This document shows positions 39,738 to 52,846 of a stretch of 64,000 nucleotides of DNA, one piece after another. Each line of letters begins with the position of its first letter. The stretch's first letter is position 1. Origin of the DNA: Octopus bimaculoides (taxonomy: Eukaryota); NCBI RefSeq assembly GCF_001194135.2, contig NC_068996.1, forward strand, positions 22,196,768 through 22,260,767, read 5' to 3'. The translations under genes and the position numbers were made by a program. The notes under the pieces are model-generated. The model ran no database searches, was not told the origin of the DNA, and was given only the letters and a program-made list of their open reading frames with translations.

Positions 39738-42562
39738 CTGAAAATTTGATTGGGAAAGAATAGTTAAGGCCAAATAATAAAAAAATTATTATAATAATCA
39801 TTGAAAGGAAAGAGGTATTGTGTCTGAGAGAAAGACAGAATGGTCATGGCTGGAATGCCTTTGATCACGGGTCAGCTCATAAAGTTGACATGTGGCTAAT
39901 TACAAAAACCACCTTGTCTGTTTGATATACAGGTAGATAACTTTGAAGGATTTTAAATGGTTAAGAAGAAGTACGAGATTTGTCAATATATATTGTGAAG
40001 TCAAATCTTACTCTTAAAATATAGTTTCAATAGAGAGAAAAATGTTTATAAATATTCTTTAATATGAATGAAGTAATACTGCCTGCTTCAACTTACCTCA
40101 CTGCAAAACTCATTTCATGTTTGAAAAATTAGCAGGAGGTTGAGATGGGGGTATCCAAATGTTACAAAAATATATAACAAATATCATTGTTTGAAGTTCA
40201 CTTCTCCATGCTTCATGAGTCAGGTGAAGTTTGGTGAGGCAAATTTTGTAAAAATTTTAAAAAACCTAAATTAATCTTAAATGCACTGTATAATTAATTA
40301 ACAAGTATTTCATTAGCTTCAAGTGCTGACTTCAAGTCATCCTATCCATTTAAGGAACTAGAAGATATATGAAAAAGTCACTCCTATATGGAACCTCCAA
40401 GTAGAGTCCAGCAATTGTCATGATCAGCCCTGCCAATGGATCTGAATATGAGTGAATTATATCCATAGCCTACTACATGTTAATGTCTTCTTATCCATTA
40501 CCAGAGAAGTTATTCTAGAAAGAAGTAGCTATAGAGGCATTACAGCAAGTATTGAAGCTGACAGAAAGAGTGAAAGAACAAGTAATTAGGAAGAGAATTA
40601 GCTGATGTAAAACTCAGTTTGGGTTTTTAATCAGGACAGGATATCACCTATACCTTCTTCCTACAAACAACTACAAGAGAAATAACTATAATAATTAGAA
40701 ATAACCACAAGAGTTCTTAGCTAAAAGCCTAACAGTCACTGAGCTGGAGAAAGTTTTTGATACAACATTCTTTGTAGTTTGAGTTACTAAGAAAATTAGG
40801 GGCAGATAAATAACTTATAAGAGCTAAGCCACGTACAGAAATGTCAATAAGTTAAGGAGAGAGTTTAATATGCATGTAGATATCTATCGAGATTGGTTTG
40901 TCAGCTCACTCTGCTTAATTATAGTTTTCCAGACCATAGCAAAAGGGTTTAAGACTAGCTGTTTGTGGAACCATCTGTGTATCAGTGAACAAGTTCTTAT
41001 AATTAAATCTGTGAAATACTTGGAAAAGAAATTCCAAAAATGGAAACAAATACTAAAAGCATTTACCCTCTTCATATGATATTTCTGTTGGAATATGGTA
41101 ACACTGCCTTTGCTTCAATTAATTTTGAAAATCATGAAGAATTTAGTAAAATAAATGTCATTATTAAACTGGTGTTTGCAACATAAATCAACATGAATTT
41201 TTCATGGAAGGTCTTAATATAGATAACTTTACTGTATTTCTTTTGTTACTATATTTCTGTTGAAATATACCTTGTTTCAATTAATTTTGAAAACAAAGAA
41301 TTTAGTAAATTAATTTTGCCATTATCAAACTGGTGTTTGGATCATAAATTAATATGAAACTTTCATGGAAGGTTCTAATTTAGATCATTCCATAACATGA
41401 AATTTGTGGCATTGAGTCAGGAGTGGTCTTCGGCAGATTTATATGGAAAGGGCTAAAGTGAACCTAAGCAAAGACAAAATATTTAATCATTAACAAAAGA
41501 TGGGTCTCTTCTGCATACTGAGCACACTGTCTCAGAATGCAATAAAGGAGGAGACAGTTCTGTTCAGTACCTGACAAAGTATAGGTGCAAAAAAGACATA
41601 GGAGCACCACAAGCAAGCTGACAGAAGAAATATTTCATGTGGAGCTGGTGCTGAGGAGTAATCAGCACTAAGAGTACTTATGAAATGAATTTTTTCAAAT
41701 AAATGAAAGACTCCCTAGAAAACGGCTATCAGCTTTCAGTTGCCAAATTTTACCAGCATAGTAGTTATAAAAAAAAAAAAAAAAGGAGTGGGTGTGGAAG
41801 TGTTTTTTCTGAATGTAAGGATGATTGTATGATGCTTGCATATTGTGATGTTGCTTGGTAGTGAAACAAAGTGTATACAGAAAAAATAGGAAAGTACTGA
41901 GGTAAGCATTCTCTGAAGTGTGGAATAATAGCACTCAAATGAGCCAAGAGAAAAAAAACTAAGTGTTACAGCAGTTAGATGTACCATGCAAAAGAGAAAA
42001 CAGCATTGATGCAACAATGTGATGCATATGAAGGATGAAAATTGAATGAAAAAGTACCAAACAATTCAAGTGGAAAGAAATCTGAGGTAGACAAGGGAAG
42101 AAATGATATGGACTGATGTCAGGTGGCTAAACATGATGAAGACAATAATAGAGGACTGCAACAAGTGGTGATATGATGTGCTGATAAGGAAAAATGGATG
42201 CAAAATATAGTCTTAGAATAATTTGGAGTGCTAAGTCAACATATTTTGTAGAATTTATTGATTAGTAATTGACAATAATGAATAAAAATCCATGTTAACC
42301 ATTTTGTTACCATATTTCTTTTAAAATACACTGCCTTCCTATCAATTAATTTTGAAAATAGTGAAGAATTTAGTAAAATAACTGTCATTATTAAGCTGAT
42401 GTTTGGAACTTAACATGAAATTTTGATGGAAGGTTTTAATTTAGGTCATTTCAAAGAAGGAAGTTTGTACCATAAAATCAATAGTGAGGTTGAGCAGGCT
42501 GGTAATAAAAGGGTCGAGTATGCTGTACTGTAAAGAAAATGATGTAAAATTAGGTGTCTCAC

Positions 42563-42638
42563 CATTATTATACATTTCTTCTTCAGTGGATTGATCAGCT
42601 TTGCAGTACATAATGCCAACTTTATATGATTTTGTAAT
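42563..42638 (-). CDS. SIPA1L: SIPA1L exon C, 76 nt, phase 0->1: [25 protein letters not shown] (start of RapGAP domain)
   Basis: Not in the ORF track; found by reading the reverse strand. Acceptor ttcttag|ATT, donor G|gtgaga. Confidence 0.95.
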
Positions 42639-44971
42639 CTAAGAAATGTAAAACATGAAATATGAATAAAATATTCAAACATGAAAAAAAAGAAATTAGA
42701 ATACAGAGCATTTTTTTTTTAGAGTAATGATGCAACCTCCATTCATTCTCTCTAATCAGTCCATCATTTAGTCACTTAGAAGAGGTGTGTATGTCTGTCC
42801 TCATTCACTTCTACTCATTTAATACAATGAGGCTCCACCAAGACACCTCATCACCACTACATCTATCCCAGTTCCACCCTAATCATCTCCACTTCTTTTA
42901 AATGTGAGTAGCCATGTACCTCTTCTATGGCAAGAAACCTGTTCTGCTCTGATCCCTTCTCTCTCATTTTATCTCCTAGCATCAAGCTGCATTTCTCAGG
43001 CTTTGTAGTCTTGCAAGATGCACAAGAACCTCACTAGTATGAGTGTCATGAAAAAAAAAGTAGCCTGTACACTTTGTAAAATGGTTGGTATTAGGAAAAA
43101 CATCCAGCCATAGAAACCATGCCAAAGTAGACACTGGAACATGATGCAGTCCTTGGAATCTGTCTAACCCATGCCAGTATGGAACATGGATGTTAAATGA
43201 TAACACACACACATGTTGATGCCATGTATAGTTCACTATATACACACGCATGCACAAAAAGTTTGCAAACCAAAATGAATTGCTTTGCCATGAAGAAAGG
43301 AAGTCTAAAACAATTCTTTGACAGGGTGAGACTCACCACCAAGCTCAAAATTCTGACATCCACTTCCTTTTTACAATGAAATCATAAACATTAAATCATG
43401 AATCTTCTTTTTATGACAATCACCTAAATGTTACCCAGGTGTATCAATAAACAGTTTACTGAACTAAAATGTTGGCATTAAAACTGTTGATACTCCATAT
43501 ATAAAGAACAAGTAATGTTTTGATATGTTTACACATCATCTGTCAATGTAATTCCAAGATGGTCTGCCATTTTAATGCATTTTTGGAAAGGTTAGCAAAA
43601 TTGCTTTTCAACTTCAAAACAACAAAACTTTCAACGGTCAGTAATGTTCAGCAAAAATAAAGTTTCCGTTTCCTTTTGTCCAATTGGCTGGATATTTGAA
43701 ACAGAATGCATAGGAATTGATCAATAAAATTGAATGGAATTTTCCCTACTAGAAAGAGCCTCATATCTTCTACCATCTCAGTAAACCCTTTGTTATTTTT
43801 ATCGAAATACACTGACTTTGTTTCAATTAAATTTTAAAATAAAATAATTTACAAAAATAACTATCATTATTAAGCTGGTGGTTGGATATGCTGCAACATA
43901 AAATTCTGATAGATTTAGATTCAGATCACTTCAAAGGAAGTTTTGTCATGCCTCAAGAATGTGGTCCCAGCTGGGTTGGTATCAAAATGATTAAGACACA
44001 CAAACCCAGATCAAACGTAAAATTAGAGCTGTTGTCTCTAGTATGAAAGGATTCTTATTCAAAATATCCTGAGACTCTTGTGCAAAACTCTCAAACCTAC
44101 ATCCCATACCTTTCTTTGACACATCCACAGTTCAATAGTTCCATTACGCAACTCAATGATCTTAACCCAACCACATTTATCCTCTCCCTCATTTCTTCAA
44201 CCTACTGTTCCATGTCACTCATAAAATGAGAAGAAAGCAATGAACCTATGCATATTCAATACCATAACATAGATATTATGTGTAGATGTCATTTCCTCAT
44301 TCATCCTTTTTAGCAGCTCTTCCAGCTATCAATCTAATAACTAACTTACATTATTTCTTGTAACTTCAATACTATAAAGCTTTGTATCCTCAAACATCCA
44401 CTAACTCCTACTGTTATTGTGAATAACACTTCTGTTCTATTGGTAGCAACACACACAGCCATTGAGATTTCTAGTCACTGTGTTTACACTTACACCAGCA
44501 AAGAGAATGATTCAAACAATCAAATTGGTGAAAGTGATGAAGAAAGTAGCGATGATGCAGGTGAACATTTTGATTCCATCCATTAGTTTCCCTGCAAGTC
44601 TAACTCTTGAACTGTATATTTAACTATTTTTGCACAGGAGCCCAGGTGGAGGCTAAAGTTAGACACAAGAGCCCAGGTCTATGAGGATTAAATTGCTTAT
44701 TAGTTGCAATTATAACTAAAACAACAATAACATCAACAATAATAATTGTTGGGTAGTGCTGAGGTAAGGAGTCACCCACATCAAACTAGTACCCCAAACT
44801 AAATTACTCTAGACCCTGATGTTCTGTGTGTGTACATTATTTAAAAAGAGTGTTGAATTATAGCAAAGGGTATTATAAAAGTGTTAGTAAAAGAGGCGAT
44901 AGTTAAAAATAATGTCTGGGAAAGTGAAGCAGAGAATAATATCAGTTCATGTTAATACAACAAACACTTAC

Positions 44972-45160
44972 TCTTTGCTCATCCAGCTTGAGCAGTTGTT
45001 CAGCAGTCTTTTGACCAGGAATGGCTTGTTTTAAACAAGAAAGATTAACTTCTGGCAGTATATATTCCAACACATCTTTATAAGGAACTCCTCTGGAACT
45101 ACTTAAACGACTAGATGATGGTATAGCATCTTCCAAGATGGAACCACGCAGTGTTGCGAG
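44972..45160 (-). CDS. SIPA1L: SIPA1L exon B, 189 nt, phase 0->0: LATLRGSILEDAIPS...QLLKLDEQR
   Basis: Acceptor tctttttaag|CTC, donor AGA|gtaagt; LRGSILED and LLKLDEQ motifs. Confidence 0.95.
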
Positions 45161-45669
45161 CTTAAAAAGAAAATTTTTTAAAAAAGTCAAATTTAGAAAG
45201 AAAGGAAAAAACTAAGAAATTCCTTCCTAAACAGATCAAAAATTTTGTTTTTCTCTTTTTTTATTTGTTTGAGTCATTGAACTGGAACATCACTCTGGAA
45301 GGTTTTTAGTCAGACAAACTGCACCCCCATTACTTATTTTTAACCCTTTAGTGTTCAAACTGGCCGTATCCAGCGCAAATATTCCAACTGATTTATGTTC
45401 AAACAGACAAGATTCAGCTTCTTACACCTACCCTACAATGTCATCCTAAAACTAAATAAACACCATTGAAATCTCAAAGCAGCAAGATAATGCATAATAG
45501 ATTTAAAACAATGTAAATAAACAAGCATTACATTTGACAGAGATACCTAAATGCTAAAGGGATATATCAATTGATCTATAATGCCAAACTGATAGGCTAC
45601 AGGGATGTAAACAATCCAACAACATTAGGCTGGGTGGGGACACACACAAAGATATATACACACACACAC

Positions 45670-45952
45670 ATTTGTTTTGTTTGCTCCTTCTTGAGCCATG
45701 CCTGGCTCATAAGGGCCAGATGGTTCCATGCCTGGATGGAGTGCCGGTCCCTCACAGGTGAGCTGCTAGATGCAGGAGGAAAGAGTGAGAGAAAGTTGTG
45801 GTGAAAGAGTCAGCAGAGGTTAGCCATTATTGCTGGAGTCACGTGGAGCTTAGGTGTTTCGCTCATGAACACACACATCACCTGGCCTGAGATTTGAACC
45901 TGCAATCCCTCGACCGCGAGTCCACTGCTCTAACCACTAGGTCATGTGCCTC
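45670..45952 (-). mobile_element. tRNA-derived SINE related to family 1 (shared head and ~170 nt of 5' body, different 3' module)
   Basis: Shares gagtgagagaaagttgtggtgaaagagt...gtggagcttaggtgtttcgctc...gagtccactgctctaaccactag with 39023-39406, then diverges. Confidence 0.75.
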
Positions 45953-46267
45953 AACTCATGTATATACACACATACATACAAGTAAATATCCTTGCCTAAT
46001 AGCTTAAACATACTGTCACTAACAACATACTGTATTAAAACCAAGTGAAACAGAGTTTATTTAACAGGATACCTCTTATAACATCACCTGAGAAGATGTG
46101 TCTGCACTGAAGGATGCACCACAACCAGTTGTACAGTATCCCACCTTCGAGGGATCAATGCAGGATGCATCGAAACAATCGTTGTGAGCAATAAAGTTCC
46201 TTATATATTCCATTTTCTGTCTATTATTTGACAGACAGACAGACACCATAGGCTTTACACAGTTTCT

Positions 46268-46486
46268 TATTTCTTTATTGCCCACAGGGGGCTAAACATA
46301 GAGGGAACAAACAAAGAGATTAAGTCGATTACATCAACCCCAGTGCGTAACTGGTACTTAATTTATCGACCCCGAAAAGATGAAAGGCAAAGTCGACCTC
46401 AGCGGAATTTGAACTCAGAACGTAACGGCAGACGAAATATCGCTAAGCATTTCGCCCGGCATGCTAACGTTTCTGCTATCTCACCA
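46268..46486 (-). mobile_element. SINE family 2 (~220 bp), best-preserved copy; other copies near 3740(+), 23290, 23500, 23720, 25425, 27213, 34620, 38800 (all -) and 55000(+)
   Basis: Recurring core gtcgactttgcctttcatc..ggggtcgataaattaagtaccag..ctggggttgatgtaatcgacttaatc; ends gggcAATAAAg. Confidence 0.85.
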
Positions 46487-48761
46487 CTTTACACAGTTTT
46501 TATCTACCAAATTTATTCACAAATTATAGGTTGACCCAGAGCAGTAAGTAGAAGATACTTACCCTAGATGTCACACAGTGGAACTGAACCTGAAACCATG
46601 TGGTTGCAAAGCGAGCTTCTTAACCACACAACCATACCTGTACCTCGAGAGATTTACCAAGCATTTACTATTTTACGCAAACAGAATCAATCACATCTTG
46701 GAAAACCAAGAAATACTCCAAGTTAAGTATTGCATGAGAATATTCTAGAAATGTTTAGTATTTCCTTGAACTATGTCTATCCTTATTTTCAGAGGACAGT
46801 ATTCTTTACAAATGGAAGGACAGACATATTTCTTAATTGCCAAAATGGCTTTCTAGAACATACTTAAGTTAGCCCTTATAGTTAATTTATGTTTTTACAG
46901 AAATGTTTAGATATCATACCAGTTGTGCCAATTGCAAATGTGGCGGTAGATACATTCCATAACAGCTAGAAGTCTTTGGTAATTAGAACAAGAATTTGGT
47001 AATTAGAACATGCTGGGATACTGCGTTGAAGGGCTTAATCAATCAAATTGACCTCAGTGCTTATTTTTAAAGTCTGGTACATGTCTCTTTTCACATAACT
47101 TAAGTTTAAGGGACATAAACAGAACACCCCTAGCTGTCAAGTAGTGAGAGACACACAAACATGCACACACACTTGTATATGCAGCAGCTTCCACAGTTTT
47201 GAACTACCAAATACACTCACAATGCTTTGGTCAGCCAGGGTGTGTAGTAATCGTCCAAGGTGCAGCACAGAAGGACTGAATCCCAAACCATGTGATTGTG
47301 AAGAGCACCTAAGTTTGTAACTTAAAATAACTATGACTCACCATGTTGTGGCAATTAAAAGCAAATTATCTTATGCATACACTAATTTTTCCATTTAAAA
47401 TATTACCATCCTAATATTAGGATGTTAAAATATCAACATCTTACAATATTTATGGCTTGTATACTTTAATTAAAAGTACATTCATATTTGATGATCCATT
47501 CATCAGTTTTGCAGATCACCTTCTGGAAAATGTTGGGCATTCCTGATCTTATAAGAATTAAAGATATTCCTCTCAATTATTTAGTGTCGTTTCTATTTCT
47601 ATATTAAAATTTGTAAATTACAAGTCAAAATGAACTAGAACATTATTGCTGTAATTATCAAGTTATTTTGGAAAAAGATCAGACTTTTATGCAAACAAAA
47701 CATTTTACTGATACTTTGACCTTATCTAGTAACCCCATCACCAAACATGTCATAAATAATACGAATATATTGTAGTCTACTGATCTTTGTTTGACTCCCA
47801 CCATTGTTTGACAACCAGTGATGGTTTTGTTTACATCCCCAGAACTTAGTACTTTGGTATAAAAAAAAAACAGAATAATTGCCAGACTTAAATAAGAGAA
47901 GTACTGGGGTAGATTTGTTTGACTAAACTGTCCAAGACTTATACCCCAACATAGCTACAGTCCAAAAACTAAATCTAGTGAAAGATAAAAAGTATAAAAA
48001 TGTTAGATAAATATAAAACTTCACTTTCTTTGGAATAGTTTGATGAATTTATTACTTTGAGTAATAAATAAGAGGAACTGGCTTGCTCGACATAATTGTT
48101 AAATCTCCCTCAAACCACATCTTATTGTGTTAAAAACAATAAGAAAACAAAGAAGAAAATTGGATAACCTACACCAAGATAATAAAACTATACCTGAATA
48201 AAGACAATGGTCTAAGTTGATCAAGACTGATCCAGAGCAAACCAACAATCTCATTCAGGTGACCCAAAATTTCTTTCACTCTCTAACTTCCAATCAGCAA
48301 GAACCTGAAAGGGGTGCAGATATAGGAGCTGTCTACCACTACAAACTAATGAATTGAAGTCTAACAAAAATAATAAATAAATAAATAAAAACTGCAATTC
48401 TACTTACTGCAAGACATTAAACAAATCAAAAGTTGATGACCAATTCTCAAGTTTTAATATAAAAAGCACCTTGGAATTTAATCTAGAACAGATTCCATTG
48501 AAATTATGGAGACCAACACATCTTTCAAATTACAATGACATTATTCTCACTAAAATGTCATGGTGAAACCACTTATATAAGCTATATAGGATTCTCAGTA
48601 AATTAAACAACTAATCTAGTTTTCTGTTTCATGCTAACAGTTCTTCATATCAAATTTATGACTGTTTTACAGCTATATTCTTGCATGTTTTCACCACATA
48701 GATTTTGGGTTCAGTTCCACAGTGTGACAACTTCGGCAAGTTTCTTCTACTTTAGTCATGG

Positions 48762-49061
48762 TGTGGTATGACGTCAGCAACTGGGGAGCTGACCTCTGAC
48801 CGGAACCGTGAACTGGCCGGAATGGCGAGCTGACCGGAAGAGGAAGAAGGGCCGAGGGAGCCTCGATAGGGATTTCGTGTCCTTTTCGAACGGGGTTGTT
48901 GTGAGGAGAGGACGTGCCAAGCGATCGTCTAGGTGTTGGGAGAAGCAGCTGCTATTTCTAGTGTTCTTCGGGTCGGGCGAGCCGCGAGGATCGGATACCG
49001 CAGGACAGACTCATGCAAAGGAAGGAAAACCGATTATTTCTACTAACACGCATACACCATA
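48762..49061. mobile_element. Solo LTR (300 bp) inserted into a family-3 SINE
   Basis: Starts TGTGGT and ends ACCATA (ACCACA with one transition); flanked by catgg/tatgg (5-bp TSD, 1 mismatch); the host SINE resumes on both sides; about 23 CpGs. Confidence 0.75.
48769..48848. promoter_or_regulatory. Perfect CRE (TGACGTCA, 48769-48776) followed by three CCGGAA ETS-type cores inside the solo LTR
   Basis: Motifs read directly from the sequence; activity not shown. Confidence 0.4.
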
Positions 49062-49634
49062 TATGGGCTGACCAAAACCTTGTGAGTGCATTTACTAGAC
49101 AGAAACTGAAAGAAAGCCAATGGCACATACACGTGTGTGTGTGTGTGTGTGTGCCCGCGCGTGCGTGCAAGATCATACATCTGTATATAATGGGTTGGTG
49201 GGGTGGGGGCTTTAATGTCTCCATGTCTTGACATTGCATGATAGTTGTAAACAACCATCATCCTTATGCAAATGGTGTTGTTTGTTTCAAACCTTCCATG
49301 TAAACATGTCCAGTCATGAAGAATGGAAACAGGTGAGTGTTGGTGACAGGAAGGGCATCCAGCCATAGAAAACCTGCCTCAACAGACTGTCTAGCCCATA
49401 CAAGCTTGGAAAAGTTAAAATATATTTTATGTATTACACTAATAAATAAATTGTCTTTTTATTCAATTAAAGAAATTTTAATAAACACCAAAAGTTTTCA
49501 ATATTTTTTTTTCCTTCATAATTATTCAGAGTTGAAGTTCATTTATTTTTTTCTTAAATCAGTAAATGGCTACGAAAATTGATAGTTTACAGTTAATTTA
49601 CTATTTTTGTGCATGCATGCATGCAAGGATAGAC

Positions 49635-49704
<70 letters not shown>

Positions 49705-49842
49705 ATAGATGGATGGATGGATGGACAAAGATAGAGAGATATAGATAGATAGACAGAGATACAGAGACAGACAGACAGATAGATAGATTTTTTTTTCTAA
49801 GCTACACAGGGCCAAACAAAGAGGGGACAATACAATGTAGAA

Positions 49843-50890
49843 TTTTTCTTTTCAAAACCAATCAATGAGAATTGAAAACATTTTGGGACATGTACACAAA
49901 GAGATAACAAGGTAATGTTTTAACAACAGACATTCCCAAACAGGGGAGACATTAGAACACTGACTAGGGTTATCCATGGAAAGAAAATCCAATGCAAAAC
50001 AACCACAGTAACCGTGGAAAAAACCATGAGAGCAAGCACCCTTTCTCATTTGTTTTATAAGTTCATGTTCAAAGTGGGTCTGTCATTCATGCATACCATC
50101 TTTGCTACATTCACCCACCTTTTATTAAACTTTTCATTAGACAAAACTTCCCTCTCTACTCTCATGTTCCTTTTCAAGTAAAACTTGAAAAAGTTGATGA
50201 GTGGTTGGCCAGAGAGGAAAGTTTTTGTCTCTAAGCCTTTCAAAAGAGTCCACCATACACATTCTTTCGCCATAACCACCAGTACAATGAAAACTGCCTT
50301 GCCTTCTCAGTTAAAGGAAGGTGGCGGGGCAATATTTACGATGGACTCGGTTGACAACCAGACTTGTCCTACACGTGACAGCAGCCGTTCAACACCGGCC
50401 AAAAAGTCTGAAATATTTGGACATTGCATGAGTGCAGGCAGAACAGTTTTGTCATTCTGGCTGCATCTCGGTTGGGTGTTTCTTGAACCATGTCTGTAGA
50501 CCTTATCTCGAATGAGCAATGCTCCCCAATAGCACTGCCAGGCCAGGGATCTCTGGAAATTGTCTATAGGTCCTGGCCCAAAAGACTTCCTGAAGAGGTG
50601 AGTCAGGTATTCCCTGTTGATGCCCAGAATCTCCCCAAGAACGTCACACCTCCCCTCCACTAATCCACTTTAGAACGCCTAGATGAAATTGAAATCACAC
50701 AAGTTTGAACCTGGATGGCAGAGCTGCTCAAATGTAGTGCCATTTGCCCAGCCTCAGTCTCTGCTTGATCCATAATTGCAGCTTGGTCAATGAGACGAGC
50801 TGCGGAAACGTGCATCTCACAAACAGTGACCACACCTGTTCACTGTCGTCTATGAAACACTGGTGATGTCGTAGTCTCAGCACAGACACA
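49843..50890 (-). mobile_element. 5'-truncated Tx1/L1-clade LINE (ORF2 C-terminal zf-RVT region, 3'UTR, short A tail)
   Basis: ORFs 50307..50660 (LAWQCYWGALLIRDKVYRHG..PRCSQNDKTVLPALMQCP) and 50055..50279 form a frameshifted ORF2 end. Confidence 0.8.
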
Positions 50891-51056
50891 ATGCCTTGAA
50901 GCAAAATCTCAAAACAGGTTATATAATTTCTACTGCAATGATGATTCACTCCACTGTAATGGAATGAATCAGCTGAGGTGGTGGGGAGACACCTGTAAAC
51001 AGACACACACACAAATAAATTAGCCAATGTTATATAAATAGACTCATGCAACATAC

Positions 51057-51202
51057 CTCACTTGTTCTGAAGATGACACGGAACTGAAACTGACCGTAAT
51101 CAGCTTTACCATTATTATTTTCGCGACCATCAGTTTTTTCTCTTTTAATACTGATAGCAGTGGGTCCAAGATTTTCATCAATACCAAAATAATTTTGATG
51201 AT
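51057..51202 (-). CDS. SIPA1L: SIPA1L exon A (first in window), 146 nt, phase 1->0: (D)HQNYFGIDENLGPTAISIKREK...FRVIFRTSE
   Basis: Acceptor gtattcag|AT, donor GAG|gtatgt; pre-GAP region of the SIPA1L family. Confidence 0.95.
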
Positions 51203-51385
51203 CTGAATACACAAAAAATAAAAAGACATGAATAAAAGCATTTAAAAAATTGAGAGAGAGAGGCAAAACAAGTTAACATGTGCATAGCCAAAATAAAATG
51301 TTTTATACAAAACTAACAAAAGCACCTGCCCTCTGCGTAATTTTCTGTTAAAAATGTCATGTTTGCTTTTAGAAAAGCGATGTAC

Positions 51386-51445
<60 letters not shown>

Positions 51446-52155
51446 CTGTATATGCAATGAATTAACTTACTTTTAAAAGTCATTTCATCATATTCAACAT
51501 TCATCTCAAATCTCCTGAAATGTTTCCCAAAATTTTATTTCTTCTCAAATGTATATTATTTTTCAAAAATGATAAGTGTAGTTCCATTTTTTGAAACATG
51601 CTAAATAGCATATTTTGCTTTAAAGTAGAATCTCCTTGTAGACACAACTGTCAGTAAATACTGTTTCCATTTCTCTCAGCAAATATTTTTATATTAGCCT
51701 TCTTTTGAACTTTAAAATAATGCAACATAGAGCTGACTGTATGAGAATTGTGTAGGCTATCTTTTAGTCAAAGTTACATAATTCCAATTAATTGATAAAC
51801 AATTTTCTTTATTATAGTATATAGTATCTCTAAGCGAAATTTTGTAATTACTTACATATATACATATATTTACTAGTGGTACTAATAACCTGGTGGTAGA
51901 ACTCTATATGCATATGCTTCAGAATAAAGTGTTAGTTGGCTACAAAGTGTAATATGGCATTAAATGAACGACAAAGGAATGCAAGATTTATGTAAACACT
52001 TCATTAGCTTACAACTGTTCCTGCTTTAAGATGCAGTACAGTCAGCTTACACACACTGCATCTCAAAGCAGAAACAGCTGTAAGCTAATGAAGTGCACTG
52101 AATAATCTCCTCTTCCTTTGTCATCTATCTAATGTCACATTATGGTCTGTACTCA

Positions 52156-52205
<50 letters not shown>

Positions 52206-52461
52206 TGCAGATGTATGTACATTTATGTTAGGGTATTTATGTATAAGTTTACAAATATATGTTATTTTGATTTTTTGCAAATATATCACCAACAGACTGC
52301 TTACATTTATGTATTTTCTAATTATTATCAATTTAATTAGTTATCTATATTCTGCATTATTTATTCATTCAATTATCCAGTTATTTACTTATTTTGTTAC
52401 ATATTTATACTTATACTGCAAAGTGTGTTTGTATATATATTCTAGGTATGAGGTTGCTCGT

Positions 52462-52846
52462 GGAGGCACAATGGTCCAGTGGTTAGGGCAGCGGACTCGT
52501 GGTCATAGGATCGCGGTTTCGATTCCCAGACTGGGCGTTGTGAGTGTTTATTGAGCGAAAAACACCTAAAGCTCCACGAGGCTCTGGCAGGGGATGGTGG
52601 CGAACCCTGCTGTACTCTTCCACCACAACTTTCTCTCACTCTTACTTCCTGTTGCTGTTGTGCCGGTAATTCAAAGGGTCAGCCTTGTCACACTGTGTCA
52701 CGCTGAATATCCCCAATAACTACGTTAAGGGTACACGTGTCTGTGGAGTGCTCAGCCACTTGCACGTTAATTTCACGAGCAGGCTGTTCCGTTGATCGGA
52801 TCAACTGGAACCCTTAACGTCGTACGCGACGGAGTGCCAACTACTA
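52462..52846 (+). mobile_element. tRNA-derived SINE, family 1 (~385 bp), young copy
   Basis: Box A TGGTCCAGTGG, box B GGTTTCGATTCC; CpG-rich body; CAACTACTA tail. Confidence 0.92.

Larger units (their letters stand above)
4431..51202 (-). other. SIPA1L: SIPA1-like Rap GTPase-activating protein gene (RapGAP-PDZ-coiled coil), 5'-incomplete in this window; 22 coding exons, ~1170 codons
   Basis: Spliced translation matches the SIPA1L family: [53 protein letters not shown] (PDZ), LEWSNLV, LRAENQRLQDESQTA..LRRFTEWFF. All 21 introns are GT-AG with compatible phases. The paralog (L1/2/3) cannot be assigned. Confidence 0.97.
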
